Below are positions 25,858 through 35,889 of a stretch of DNA of 64,000 nt, in pieces (within the stretch, counting starts at the first letter, position 1; each line of letters begins with the position of its first letter). The notes beneath the pieces were generated by a model. That model was not told where the DNA came from, made no database searches, and was given only the letters and a program-made list of their open reading frames with translations. The position numbers were made by a program, and so were the translations under genes. The DNA is from a virus: the IMG/VR virus record IMGVR_UViG_3300010401_000033, positions 32,001-96,000 of that record; one strand, given 5' to 3'.

Positions 25858-26229
25858 TTACAAATCTTGTGTCTGGACGTTGTAGTTGGCATCCTTCTTC
25901 ACAACCATGATTAACGTGCCCGTACCACCGAGGAAAGTTGCTTGGATATTACCTGTTGCGCTGTTTGCCAAGTTGAAATCGTCATGTGGCCAGTATCCTG
26001 TTTCACTGAGCACCGCAATTGTGTTGGATGGACTGCCGGCGTTCTGACGGGCAATCGTCACGTTGCCTGTGGAAGGGGTTGACCAACGCAATGAAGAAAT
26101 CTGTGCCTGATAGACATTCTCGGTGCCCACATTGGCTGAAAGTTGTGACAGGTTGATTGAGACTACGCCGGAGTCCACAATACGGATGATTGAAGTGCCG
26201 CGAAGTCTGTTGATGATTTCGTATGACAT
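25858..26229 (-). CDS. Hypothetical virion protein in the head operon
   Basis: Beta-rich 123 aa; AGGAG RBS; position between the prohead core genes and gp21. Confidence 0.7.
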   Translation of the reverse strand: MSYEIINRLRGTSIIRIVDSGVVSINLSQLSANVGTENVYQAQISSLRWSTPSTGNVTIARQNAGSPSNTIAVLSETGYWPHDDFNLANSATGNIQATFLGGTGTLIMVVKKDANYNVQTQDL

Positions 26230-26237
26230 AGTGCTCC

Positions 26238-26654
26238 TTACTTAATTCCAAGTGCCTTGCGTTTTCTGAGACTCAATTTTCTCTTACGAAGTGTTTGCTG
26301 CAAATGTGCCTTGCGCTTACGGGAGGCTCGGCGCTGAACGATTCTCATGTGAATGCGCTTGGCAACAGGGATACGAGTGATCTTTCCTCGGCGTAAGGTA
26401 AATCCCTTCACGGCGGATTTACGAATGTTGCGCTGCAACTTCCCTTTACGGATACGGCGACGAATGAGCACAGTGCGACCCTGCTTCATGCGATTCGCTT
26501 CGACTAGACCCACAGGACTCCTTCCAAAGATCACTTCCCCCATAACACGACGGAGTACAGAAATTTTCTGCTCCGCAATCTTAGTCAGTGCCAGGGCGAC
26601 AATGGGTGCTACCTCTGCGTATCGGCCCTCTTTAATGAGGGTAATCGGGTTCAT
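26238..26654 (-). CDS. Prohead core protein (gp68-like), Arg/Lys-rich
   Basis: Very basic C-terminus LRKRKLSLRKRKALGI; position upstream of gp21. Confidence 0.7.
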   Translation of the reverse strand: MNPITLIKEGRYAEVAPIVALALTKIAEQKISVLRRVMGEVIFGRSPVGLVEANRMKQGRTVLIRRRIRKGKLQRNIRKSAVKGFTLRRGKITRIPVAKRIHMRIVQRRASRKRKAHLQQTLRKRKLSLRKRKALGIK

Positions 26655-27340
26655 TACTTGACCTGCTTCCAGGCAAAATTCACCATCTTGTGAAATTTAT
26701 CCTTGGAATGTTCCAACGAACTTGCAAACTTTTTCTGATTGTCTGGATGCAACGCTGCATGAACCGTGAGAAGCGCGTTTGCAGTCTGTGGATCAATTTT
26801 CGTCTGAGTTCCGTCATGATGGAATAAAGGCTTATCGGTCTGGAATGACTTCACTCGTTCCAGGTGACTCATGACGCCACTCTCCCCTATCACACCATCA
26901 AATCCACGCGCATCTTCTTTAATAGCGGTATCAACTACAGCGTCCTTATGGACCTTATAATGGTAGCCGTATTTCCCACCGTGCGGCTCAGGGCGATGAA
27001 TCACCACATGGTCGCCTTCAACCTTAACAATCTTTCCAACTTTCAGGTGCTCAGTGGCGCCTGTTCGGTAACGAACCTTATCTCCGACTTTGTGTTCCTC
27101 TTTTGCCAAGGCAACAGGGTTCACAATGCTCGCGGCGTCTCCACCATACGGAATGCTGAAATACTGGTCGAGTTTATCGTTATAGTATAACGCAACCATT
27201 GTTTGATTCGGGAACTGGCGAACAGTCTTGCGCTTGAGAATGAGAATGTTTGGAGGCATAGAACTATGAGGAATAGCAACATGCTCCTCCAATTCAGACT
27301 CCCCTTCCAATTCTTTACGCAACTCAGAGAATTGTCTCAT
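26654..27340 (-). CDS. Hypothetical head/prohead-core protein
   Basis: MRQFSELRKE N-terminus; lies in the head operon. Confidence 0.7.
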   Translation of the reverse strand: MRQFSELRKELEGESELEEHVAIPHSSMPPNILILKRKTVRQFPNQTMVALYYNDKLDQYFSIPYGGDAASIVNPVALAKEEHKVGDKVRYRTGATEHLKVGKIVKVEGDHVVIHRPEPHGGKYGYHYKVHKDAVVDTAIKEDARGFDGVIGESGVMSHLERVKSFQTDKPLFHHDGTQTKIDPQTANALLTVHAALHPDNQKKFASSLEHSKDKFHKMVNFAWKQVK

Positions 27341-27343
27341 GGG

Positions 27344-28009
27344 TTATCGTGCGGCCTTCCCCATACGGAATGGAACCTTAATCATTTGCTTCTTTTGTGC
27401 ACCGTGGGCTTTGCCAGCGGGAACTTGCTTCACTTTTCCACCGCGCTTGACAAAATCTTCCACAGACTCATGTTCTTCTTGGACGATCTCTTCATGCAAT
27501 CCCTTAAGGGTCTTGGCGAGGCGGGCTTCTTTTCCGACCTTACCCTTCTTATGGGCCGCGGCCTCTAACTTATCAGCCGGAATCTTTTCGCCCTGTGGGA
27601 CATGCAATGCGGTGTGCAAGGCACCTGGATGCTTGATGGCACCCTTGATCCAATGTTTCCCCAATTCACGGCGACCCGCTTTATCCTCGCTCAAATCCTC
27701 AACACCTTCTGAGAGGGCATCGGCACTTGGCGCAAACAATGACTTGGCAATCACTTGTTTGTGATCGGCAAGGGCGCCTAGGACGCGGGTGCTCAACAGA
27801 TCGTTGAGGATGCCAGTGGCTTCCCCTGGCTGGTCATTCGCCACTAACGTAATCATGTCGCCGATGGGAGCAAATTCTTCCTTCATGGTTCTCCTCTTCT
27901 CGGCTGCTGCTGTGTCCAACATCTTCTTGGCTTTCGCAGAACGGGCCGAAGCGTCAAGTTCACGCTTGACTTTTAGTGATCGTTTGTTGACTTCATCTTT
28001 GTCAAACAT
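27344..28009 (-). CDS. Prohead core protein (gp67-like) with a basic inserted module
   Basis: Position immediately after portal; LNDLLSTRVLGALADHKQVIAKSLF helix. Confidence 0.6.
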   Translation of the reverse strand: MFDKDEVNKRSLKVKRELDASARSAKAKKMLDTAAAEKRRTMKEEFAPIGDMITLVANDQPGEATGILNDLLSTRVLGALADHKQVIAKSLFAPSADALSEGVEDLSEDKAGRRELGKHWIKGAIKHPGALHTALHVPQGEKIPADKLEAAAHKKGKVGKEARLAKTLKGLHEEIVQEEHESVEDFVKRGGKVKQVPAGKAHGAQKKQMIKVPFRMGKAAR

Positions 28010-28040
28010 GGTGTGTCCTCTGGTTTACCGGTGTTATCTC

Positions 28041-28048
28041 TATTTATG
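28041..28048 (-). promoter_or_regulatory. Late promoter variant CATAAATA
   Basis: Intergenic; motif recurs upstream of several late genes. Confidence 0.7.
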
Positions 28049-28054
28049 TAATTG

Positions 28055-29764
28055 TTATCGTCGCTTACCGAGCAAACTCTTCTCTACCGAACGGTCGAGA
28101 CCAGGGGTACGAGAGGTTTCTGGATTCTCCCCAGTATCCCTTGTATTATCCTCTGGAACGGGCGCACCAGCCATAGGAGCCCCTTCTCCTGGTTGTCCCG
28201 GCTGTCCACCAGGCATCCCTTGTTCCATACCAGGGGCAGCGATAGGTAATGGGAGTTCTCCTGCCTTGGTTTCTTCGTCAATTTGATCCGCCATCTCCTC
28301 AATTTCATCATCGGAGAGGTGTAAGACATGGCGCTTCGTCCAGGCGATAGAATAGAAGGTACCGATGTACGGTTGAACCTGTGCCAAGAGCGTGACTCGC
28401 TCACGGGTCAACTCGGCATCACGAAGTTCGGCAAAGTTGTTATCGCTCTTGAAATCATAGGAAATCGTTTCGCGGAAGGTGGCCCATTCTTCAATGGAGC
28501 AGACCCCAGTGAGAACCATTTCCTGACGGAGGGCTTCATCAAACAGACGAGCAAATTTATTACGCAGACGATTGATGAACTTGTTGAACTTGACTTCATC
28601 GCGGGTGATTTCTGCAACACGACCAAGCCCCACCATTCCACCACCAGGCTGCTGAGAGTCCAGGCGTCCAATCGGCACGTTGAGGGACTTATAGAGTTTC
28701 TTCTGGAAGTATTCCACATCCTCCATGTGTCCGAGGTTTTCACCACCAGGCAAGGTCGTGATTTCGGTGCCCTTGCTACCTTCACGGCGCGGCAACCAGA
28801 AATCCTCCAACATACTGAGGTGCTTACGTTCGTCACGCAACTCTCCTGTGTTGGCATCATAGACCAACTTGTTGCGGTACTTCGTCATGATGTCTTTGAG
28901 GTATTGTTCGGCTTTGAGTTTTGGCAGCGTACCCACGTCAATGTAGAATATGCGGCGTTCAGGTGCGCGGGAGAGACGATAAATGACAATGGCATCTTCA
29001 ATCATACGAAGTTGGTTCAACGGCTTGATGGCTTTGTGTAACCAGCCGATAACCATTGTGGACTTCGCATCCAACAGACCAGAGGGCACGAATACCACGG
29101 AGTCGGTGGCAATGCGTGTACCTTGGTTCACGCTGGCTGTGTAGGATTGCGCGGTCAGACCACGATCATTGAACACGTAGTATTCAGAGATTGCCTTAAT
29201 GTATTCCACCCCTGTCTTGGGGTCTCGGTCCTTGAGGATTTCACGCACCTTACGAATCTTGCGAGGGTCAACATACCGCAGTTCTTGAATACCTTCTTTT
29301 GGCTTCGCTTTATCAATGACGACCTGGAAATAAAGACGACCATCCACATACCATCGCTTGAACAAGTCCTCACCGAGGTCTTGAAACGAGAGCATGGTCT
29401 TGATTTTATCAAACCCTGTTTGAATCTTTTTCTTGATGGTTGCCGGCACATCAAGTTTATCAAGATTGATCGTGACAATTTCACCATCATCATCTTCGGT
29501 GACGGCTTCGGTGATGATTTCTTCAATGGCTTCGGAGCATTCTGGATGGAGGGACATTTCGCGGTAGCGAGTGATGAGTTCAAGTTCGTTGCGAACAGAA
29601 CCTTCAAGGTCCACATAGGTACCGTAGTAGGCACCTTGGGTAATTGTAATGGCACCATCGTCTATTTTCTCTTGTGGAATAACAAGAGTTTGACGATCTG
29701 GGTTCTCAATTTTCGTAACGTCTGGAGTTTTTCCGAGGGAGTAGCCGAAGAGGGTCCAAGCCAT
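28055..29764 (-). CDS. gp20: Portal protein (gp20)
   Basis: YRLSRAPERRIFYIDVG, EDFWLPRREGSKGTEITTLPGG. Confidence 0.99.
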   Translation of the reverse strand: MAWTLFGYSLGKTPDVTKIENPDRQTLVIPQEKIDDGAITITQGAYYGTYVDLEGSVRNELELITRYREMSLHPECSEAIEEIITEAVTEDDDGEIVTINLDKLDVPATIKKKIQTGFDKIKTMLSFQDLGEDLFKRWYVDGRLYFQVVIDKAKPKEGIQELRYVDPRKIRKVREILKDRDPKTGVEYIKAISEYYVFNDRGLTAQSYTASVNQGTRIATDSVVFVPSGLLDAKSTMVIGWLHKAIKPLNQLRMIEDAIVIYRLSRAPERRIFYIDVGTLPKLKAEQYLKDIMTKYRNKLVYDANTGELRDERKHLSMLEDFWLPRREGSKGTEITTLPGGENLGHMEDVEYFQKKLYKSLNVPIGRLDSQQPGGGMVGLGRVAEITRDEVKFNKFINRLRNKFARLFDEALRQEMVLTGVCSIEEWATFRETISYDFKSDNNFAELRDAELTRERVTLLAQVQPYIGTFYSIAWTKRHVLHLSDDEIEEMADQIDEETKAGELPLPIAAPGMEQGMPGGQPGQPGEGAPMAGAPVPEDNTRDTGENPETSRTPGLDRSVEKSLLGKRR

Positions 29765-29816
29765 TATAATACCACCTTCGTTGTATATTGGTTGTTCATA
29801 ATAAATTCACTGGAAT

Positions 29817-29842
29817 GACGACGGACCTTTCGGCCCGCCGTC
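29817..29842 (-). terminator. Stable GAAA-tetraloop hairpin after gp19 (terminator or mRNA-stabilising)
   Basis: GACGGCGGGCC-GAAA-GGTCCGTCGTC; no clear U-tract. Confidence 0.5.
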
Positions 29843-29852
29843 GTTCGGTACA

Positions 29853-30416
29853 TTAGGCGATGACTCTGTTACCCGCGGCGCCCTGTGAGAAGGAAGTGAA
29901 ATACTGGTACGCAAGGGTGACGCTAAATTCTTCAATGGTGTCGTTGCTGCCCCAATCCACATCGATCTGTGATACATCGACAGGGAAAATTCCTTCAAAG
30001 GTGTATTGCTTGAGGATTTCACCCGTCTTGCTGAACTGCTTGACGAGGGCTTGTGTGGAATAACCAAGTGAGTTCCCTGCTGCAAGGTCACGCACGTTGG
30101 TCACATGATGGTTCATGCTGTTCATCCAGGCTTCAAACGCATTACGGACCGCGAAATCTTCATCGTTCAAGATGGAAAGCGTCCATTCAGGGAATGTGCG
30201 GTTGCCAGCAAGTTTCGTTTCACGACCAAAGTAGAACACCGGTACGTGACCGATGGTTGAACCTGGCATGGAAGCGGTCTTGCACATGAACGTCAGTTTT
30301 CGGGCTGCATTTCCAGGAGCAATGAACGTTGGGAACGTCATTTGCACTTCAAACAGGTTTGGACGGGCTCCGTCTCCCTGCATCTGTGATCGGAATTCGT
30401 ATACATTAAATGCCAT
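29853..30416 (-). CDS. gp19: Tail tube protein (gp19)
   Basis: GARPNLFEV, GRETKLAGNRTFPEWT, IEEFSVT. Confidence 0.96.
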   Translation of the reverse strand: MAFNVYEFRSQMQGDGARPNLFEVQMTFPTFIAPGNAARKLTFMCKTASMPGSTIGHVPVFYFGRETKLAGNRTFPEWTLSILNDEDFAVRNAFEAWMNSMNHHVTNVRDLAAGNSLGYSTQALVKQFSKTGEILKQYTFEGIFPVDVSQIDVDWGSNDTIEEFSVTLAYQYFTSFSQGAAGNRVIA

Positions 30417-30458
30417 GTCAGTCTCCTCTGTGCTAGTTACACGTATTTAGTTGACGGA

Positions 30459-32360
30459 TTAGAACTTACCGACGATTTCATCAAAACTGACACCCGTTCG
30501 GACTGCTACGAAATTCAACTGGATGAAGTTGATTGAGCGAGCAGGCTTGATGTAGATGTCACCCACGAAGCGGTTGCTGTCAATCACTTCTGGTGTGTTG
30601 TTGGTTTCATCTGCAACAACTCGGTAGTCAAAAATACCTCGGCGTCCCTGCACGTCACGGAGGAACGGATTAACCATTGCGTTGAATGCGGCACGTGTGA
30701 ATTCATCGTTGAATTCAAAGAGACTGAACTTGGAGGCGCGAGCGATTGCCTTCTCCAAGACAATAAAGAGTCGGCGCACGTTGATTCTGTCGAATGCACT
30801 TGGCTTGCTCAAGAGAGTCTTATCTCCGTAGAGCACGGTGCCGTCTCCTGGGAATGTGACCACTGGGTTGACGCCGTTCTTGTACAAGGTGTCGCGTTCT
30901 GACTGGATTGGGTTCCAAGCCAACTTCACGACATTCTTGATCTGTCCACGGTCAAACCCTGCCGGTGAGAACCAAGGATCACGGGTTGTGTCCGTGCGAA
31001 CACATAGTCCAGCGATATCCCCGTTCAATGGCAAGTAGCGGTAGGTGTCATTGTACTTGTCGTACTGGTACTTCCAGTTTGAATCCATCACGGCGTAACT
31101 TGAAGATGGAAGTGAGTTGCGGTACGAAACGACTGAATCGGCTTCGCTTCCGATGTTGTTCACTACAGAGGCGCGTGATGGGCTGACGAATGCCACACAA
31201 TCCTTACGGACTTCCGCGAGGTTGTTGATGATGTATGTGGATACAGTGGCGTCGGCTTCTCCTGCGATCAAGAGAGACACGTCAACCACGTCGCCGTTTC
31301 GGTACAAATCCCAACCGCGTTCTAAGTCGCCGTCAGAGACAGGAGCATCCGTTCCCCCAGTGAGGGAGAGGCGCTGGGCGACAGTAACATCAGTGAAGGT
31401 AGTGCCTGTGACAGTGCTGCCCCAGTTTGTTCCAGAGGCATCATGATCGCCCCAGTAAATCCACTTTGATGAATTAAAGAGGACGGTTGGGTAGTAGATT
31501 GAGGTTCCATCGTTACTCTTAACATCCGATCCCTTTGAGAGGAATGGGTACTTTTCAAGCACCTGTCCAGCAACTCCGGTGATTCCACCATCTTCATCAA
31601 GGACAATGATGTGCAATTCATCGCTTACTCCGCTCTTACCAGACGCATAGGAAGAAGTGCCTGGGGCAGAATCAAACTGGTCAGCGTACTCCCACTTGCG
31701 GAGGATCGTGCTTGGTCCGGTTACTGCAACAGTCAAGGCTGATCCAATCACAATCGCAGTAGCATTGGCTGATACCACTTGCACGTATGGGTTCGTTCCA
31801 ACCTTCACATAGTCACCTGGGCGAGCGTATGCTGCCGTGTTCCCTGTGGTGTTGATAACGAGGTCTCCCACACTCACAGTGTTTGCTGTGGCGGTGGCTT
31901 GGAGGGTTACGTTGCTGGAGAACACATTGGCGCTTCCGCAGACAGACACCTTAAGGTTGTTACCAAGGGCTCCTGGGTAACGTGCTGCAAAGGAACCAAA
32001 ATCCCCTTGTCCTGCGTAGTAACTGGCTTCGTATACGTCCTCGTTCTTGATCTGGAGAGGAGCGGCCGCGGCAGTGTTGGCGACGGCGTTCTTTGTGCCT
32101 GTGTTAGCACCACGAGTGGTCTGGAGATTGTTACCATAGGCAAGGAAGTTGGCTGCTGAGAAGAAGGACAAGTAGGTGTTAGAATCTGGCTTACCAAAAC
32201 GATCCACCAACTTCACTTCGGTGTCGATCAAGAGGCGTGTTTCAACAGGACCCCAGTTGAACTGGCCCACAACGGCACCGGTGCTGGTCGAGACTGTCGG
32301 AACGACCGTGGTTAAGTCGATTTCGGAAACATTCGTTCCTGGGCTTAGTTGAAAACTCAT
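30459..32360 (-). CDS. gp18: Tail sheath protein (gp18)
   Basis: SPGTNVSEIDLT, PWFSPAG, FDRINVRRLF, IKPARSINFI. Confidence 0.98.
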   Translation of the reverse strand: MSFQLSPGTNVSEIDLTTVVPTVSTSTGAVVGQFNWGPVETRLLIDTEVKLVDRFGKPDSNTYLSFFSAANFLAYGNNLQTTRGANTGTKNAVANTAAAAPLQIKNEDVYEASYYAGQGDFGSFAARYPGALGNNLKVSVCGSANVFSSNVTLQATATANTVSVGDLVINTTGNTAAYARPGDYVKVGTNPYVQVVSANATAIVIGSALTVAVTGPSTILRKWEYADQFDSAPGTSSYASGKSGVSDELHIIVLDEDGGITGVAGQVLEKYPFLSKGSDVKSNDGTSIYYPTVLFNSSKWIYWGDHDASGTNWGSTVTGTTFTDVTVAQRLSLTGGTDAPVSDGDLERGWDLYRNGDVVDVSLLIAGEADATVSTYIINNLAEVRKDCVAFVSPSRASVVNNIGSEADSVVSYRNSLPSSSYAVMDSNWKYQYDKYNDTYRYLPLNGDIAGLCVRTDTTRDPWFSPAGFDRGQIKNVVKLAWNPIQSERDTLYKNGVNPVVTFPGDGTVLYGDKTLLSKPSAFDRINVRRLFIVLEKAIARASKFSLFEFNDEFTRAAFNAMVNPFLRDVQGRRGIFDYRVVADETNNTPEVIDSNRFVGDIYIKPARSINFIQLNFVAVRTGVSFDEIVGKF

Positions 32361-32430
32361 TGTTGCTCTCCTTACATGGATTATTGTACGGTTACGAGGG
32401 TCAAAGGGATTGAATCTCTATTCGTGCAAG

Positions 32431-32438
32431 TATTTATG
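32431..32438 (-). promoter_or_regulatory. Late promoter variant CATAAATA
   Basis: Intergenic, upstream of gp18. Confidence 0.7.
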
Positions 32439-32449
32439 TTTTTGGAGTT

Positions 32450-34177
32450 TTATAACCCGTGGGCCCTCTCAGCGTATTTCTTCATGGCATTTTGCATTTC
32501 CTGCGGGTCCATACCCCTTGAATTGAGCCATAAATCACCATCTTCAATAGTAAAGGGGTCATCCATCCCATTGTCAATGATGCCAAATGGCACCAAATCA
32601 TCATCTACCATTGCGGTTTGCTCAGTTTCCAATGCCTTCATGATACTGAGGCTGGAACCTTGGGCTTCGCGGAAGTATTTCTGGGTGACGAGCCACGCAA
32701 ACATCACAAGGGTCATCACCAAATCGTCATGCTTCCCTTCTTCGGCTTTGAAGGTTTGGAGTTGCTGTGTGAAGGTGGAGAATTCTGAGATTGTGTCAAA
32801 GTCCTCAATGAGGAGTTTGTCCTGCTCAATCAACGTCTTGAGATTCAAACAGCCGATGCGCTTGACGGCTTCGGTCATGCGAAGTCCCAGGCGCATGGAT
32901 TTCTTGTACCCTCCGGCGATCTTCGCACCAGTCTTTTGAGTTGACTCCAACTTGAAAATGTTTTCATATTCCAGGTCGTAGTGGAGCATGTCCACGATCT
33001 GCTGACCGTTATCATTGATTTCTACCAACACAAAGGCATGATTGTACCTCGTACCCGCGTTGTAGATCATGTTCGGGAACACCATCGGGGCAATGCTGTG
33101 GCTGTGGTACTTGGCAACCCCGCGGTACGGAATTTGGGAAATGTCAATTACCCAGAAGGCAGACGCATCGCGGTCCAGTCCTCGGGCTGGGTCCACGCAA
33201 ATAATGTACGCATGGTTCTCTTGAGGATGTTCATAGACCTGCCAGCCATCTTCGGTGATGATTGGAGTTTTCATTGCCATCGTGGAAAGTTTCGCACCCG
33301 AGATCAAGGTGTCGGATGATCCCAAGAATTCACACAAGACTTCCTGGCGGAACTTCTGTTCACCCAAGGCACGTTTTTGTTCGTTAAACCAGGCTTCATC
33401 ACGTCCTGGCATACGGTCCCAGGTGTAGGTGATCGGCACAAAGTCATTGCGGTTGCTCTCGGCTTCCACCCAGAATTTGTAATAGTGATTCAGACCATTT
33501 GGGGTGCTTGCCATAAGAATCTTGGTTTCTTTACCAGACGACAATGTGGGGAAGGTTGAGGTGAAGAATTCTTCGGCGATGTTGTTTGGGACGTGTGCGA
33601 ATTCGTCCATGAATACCATCGAGAGTGAGAATCCTCGGATGGCGCTTGAACTGGTGGCAGCGGCGAGAATGCGTGATCCGTTTTCCAGGGTGATGGATCG
33701 TTTGTTCCATTCCACAATACCCTGCTGCATATACGAAGGAATGTTTTCATACATGAGTTGGATACGGTTCAGGATTTCCTGAGCGATAGGTGCTTTGTTC
33801 GCCAGAATCGCGCAAACCTTGTGGCTCTGGAAGAGGATGTACCAAATAAAGAATGCCGCCGTCGTGGTGGTTTTACCCATCTGACGTGGCAACTTGACAA
33901 TGACTTTGCGCTCTGTGAAATAGGCTTCAATAATCTCCTCTTGGAAATCAAACATTTCAAACATAATCACACCACGGTCGACGTGGACAATTTTGCAGTA
34001 TGTTTTAATGAAGTAGACAGGGTCGTGGCTACACTTGATCCATTCGTTGACCTGATCTTGTGTGAATTGCTCTTTGACGCCGACGCGCTTGAGTCGTGGG
34101 TTCTTAAGATAAAACCGTTCCGCAACAGGCTTGATCTTAAAATTCTCACGTTTTTTGATGGTAACTTTAACTGCCAT
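32450..34177 (-). CDS. gp17: Terminase large subunit (gp17)
   Basis: PRQMGKTT, FMDEFAH, STPNGLNHYY, HDDLVM. Confidence 0.98.
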   Translation of the reverse strand: MAVKVTIKKRENFKIKPVAERFYLKNPRLKRVGVKEQFTQDQVNEWIKCSHDPVYFIKTYCKIVHVDRGVIMFEMFDFQEEIIEAYFTERKVIVKLPRQMGKTTTTAAFFIWYILFQSHKVCAILANKAPIAQEILNRIQLMYENIPSYMQQGIVEWNKRSITLENGSRILAAATSSSAIRGFSLSMVFMDEFAHVPNNIAEEFFTSTFPTLSSGKETKILMASTPNGLNHYYKFWVEAESNRNDFVPITYTWDRMPGRDEAWFNEQKRALGEQKFRQEVLCEFLGSSDTLISGAKLSTMAMKTPIITEDGWQVYEHPQENHAYIICVDPARGLDRDASAFWVIDISQIPYRGVAKYHSHSIAPMVFPNMIYNAGTRYNHAFVLVEINDNGQQIVDMLHYDLEYENIFKLESTQKTGAKIAGGYKKSMRLGLRMTEAVKRIGCLNLKTLIEQDKLLIEDFDTISEFSTFTQQLQTFKAEEGKHDDLVMTLVMFAWLVTQKYFREAQGSSLSIMKALETEQTAMVDDDLVPFGIIDNGMDDPFTIEDGDLWLNSRGMDPQEMQNAMKKYAERAHGL

Positions 34178-34184
34178 AATTTTC

Positions 34185-34661
34185 CTACGGGGTATTTGCA
34201 GTCACCGGATTAACGACGGTGATCTTCTTTTTCTCTTCCCGCTTTAATTTTATCATGTCCTGCAAATCAGAGGTGGAGCCGACAAACACCGCGGTGCCAA
34301 TGTTGACATTACCTGTCGGCGCGGTCTCTGGATCAATGAGTGTGGCTTCCTGCAAGTGCACCGCCATCAAATCTTGGCTGAGTTCTGCCATTGTCTTAAG
34401 CAAGTTTGCCGCGACTTCATACGCACGAGGGGTTTTCAAATCCTTTGCGAGTGCCAACATTTCCAGGACGGCTTGGTTGCCCTGAGCAATCATCACACGC
34501 ACATTATTTCGTGCTTCGAGGGCATCTTGTGAGACATCGTTATTGGCACTGGCCGACACATCCACCGTGGGTACAACGACCGCAAGTGTGGTGTTGGCTG
34601 TGCTTGTGGTCGGAGGGGTTGGCGGCGGCAAATCTACATCAAGAATTTCAGATAATTTCAT
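34185..34661 (-). CDS. gp16: Terminase small subunit (gp16)
   Basis: PRAYEVAANL, AVFVGSTSDLQ. Confidence 0.92.
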   Translation of the reverse strand: MKLSEILDVDLPPPTPPTTSTANTTLAVVVPTVDVSASANNDVSQDALEARNNVRVMIAQGNQAVLEMLALAKDLKTPRAYEVAANLLKTMAELSQDLMAVHLQEATLIDPETAPTGNVNIGTAVFVGSTSDLQDMIKLKREEKKKITVVNPVTANTP

Positions 34662-34670
34662 GATAAACTC

Positions 34671-35696
34671 CTAGTCTAAGGTGTCAGGAAACTCCGTGAT
34701 AAAGGTGGTGTACCCGTAATCCGTGAATTGGTTAGCGGTAATTGGTTTCTGGTAAATCCAGATTTCTGCATCTTTTTGTTCAATGGTTTCAACGCTCAAG
34801 ACTGTCCAGTGTGCCGCAGAATCTAATCCCCATACTTCATCATTGGCACGAAGCACCCCAGTGGTCGTTGAGAGATAGAGAGTGTTGGTGGTATTTGCCC
34901 AGGCATAGACGCGCCCAACGATATTGCGTCCAGGTGAACGAACAGGTTCAGTCTCGCGGTAATCAATCAACCCACCGGTCATCTTGACTCGCTGGATCGG
35001 GTTATTGTTGACATCGTGGTAGAGGTTCACATGGACGCCGCCCGTGACTGTGTTGCCAGTCTGTACACCCATGATGATGGAGGTATTGCTGACAGGACCA
35101 AATATCCAACCCTTCAAGGAGAATTCAAAATCCCAGGTGATAAGACGTGTCCCATCTGCAAAGGCACCTTCGTAATCAATCTTCTCTGTGACACCCTTGA
35201 GAATGATCGGAATATCCTTGACGATATCCATTTCCTGAGAGACGACCGCGGAGATCGTGTAATCTGGTAAGAAGAATGGAAGAATTTGTTCAACAATCTG
35301 GAGTCCATCCTCAATGTTTCGGACATAACAGGACATGTTGAAATCAAACTCGTAGGGAATACCCATGTATTGCGATGGGGGTGTATTGGCGCTACCAGTT
35401 GCAGGGGCTCGGTGACGAATGGTGGACTGTTGCTTGCGTGACTGGTCGTAGCGCATTCCCACTAATTCAAAGGACATGCGCGGGAGTGTGGTGGCAATGG
35501 ACTTCGTGAGTGTGGGATCGGACTGTAAGCGCGTGATGAACTTTTCCTTGGGTGCGTAAATGATGGGCACCTTCTGGCGTTCTTTTTGCACACGGTCAGT
35601 CGTTTCCCTGACATAGAAAATGTCATTGAAGAGTGACCCAAAGAGTGCCACATAACTTCGGATGCTTCTGTGATAGAACGGATTATGACCCAACAT
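34671..35696 (-). CDS. gp15: Tail sheath stabiliser/terminator (gp15)
   Basis: FGSLFNDI, VPIIYAPKEKF, LPRMSFE, QIVEQILPFF. Confidence 0.94.
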   Translation of the reverse strand: MLGHNPFYHRSIRSYVALFGSLFNDIFYVRETTDRVQKERQKVPIIYAPKEKFITRLQSDPTLTKSIATTLPRMSFELVGMRYDQSRKQQSTIRHRAPATGSANTPPSQYMGIPYEFDFNMSCYVRNIEDGLQIVEQILPFFLPDYTISAVVSQEMDIVKDIPIILKGVTEKIDYEGAFADGTRLITWDFEFSLKGWIFGPVSNTSIIMGVQTGNTVTGGVHVNLYHDVNNNPIQRVKMTGGLIDYRETEPVRSPGRNIVGRVYAWANTTNTLYLSTTTGVLRANDEVWGLDSAAHWTVLSVETIEQKDAEIWIYQKPITANQFTDYGYTTFITEFPDTLD

Positions 35697-35889
35697 TCGT
35701 GCCTCGTTCCCCGTATATCGCTATGTAGCGGGGGTCCTTAAACATACATTCATCGCAGATATTCTCTTCGCCTGGATTGCAAAACTCTGACCATCCCTTG
35801 GCGCGATAATATCCAATCGTCATGCCTTCATCGCTCAAAGCAATGAGGTCCGTGAGGTCTTTGTTACAACGGTCGCATCCTTGTTCCAT
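35683..35889 (-). CDS. Small Cys-rich (zinc-ribbon-like) hypothetical protein
   Basis: CDRC...ICDEC; fills the gap between gp14 and gp15. Confidence 0.6.
   Translation of the reverse strand: MEQGCDRCNKDLTDLIALSDEGMTIGYYRAKGWSEFCNPGEENICDECMFKDPRYIAIYGERGTNVGS

Noticed and set aside
14441-34177. Inteins, introns or homing endonucleases in gp46, uvsW, gp20, gp23 or gp17
   Set aside because: The proteins are of normal length and uninterrupted; no intein, HNH, GIY-YIG or LAGLIDADG signatures were seen.
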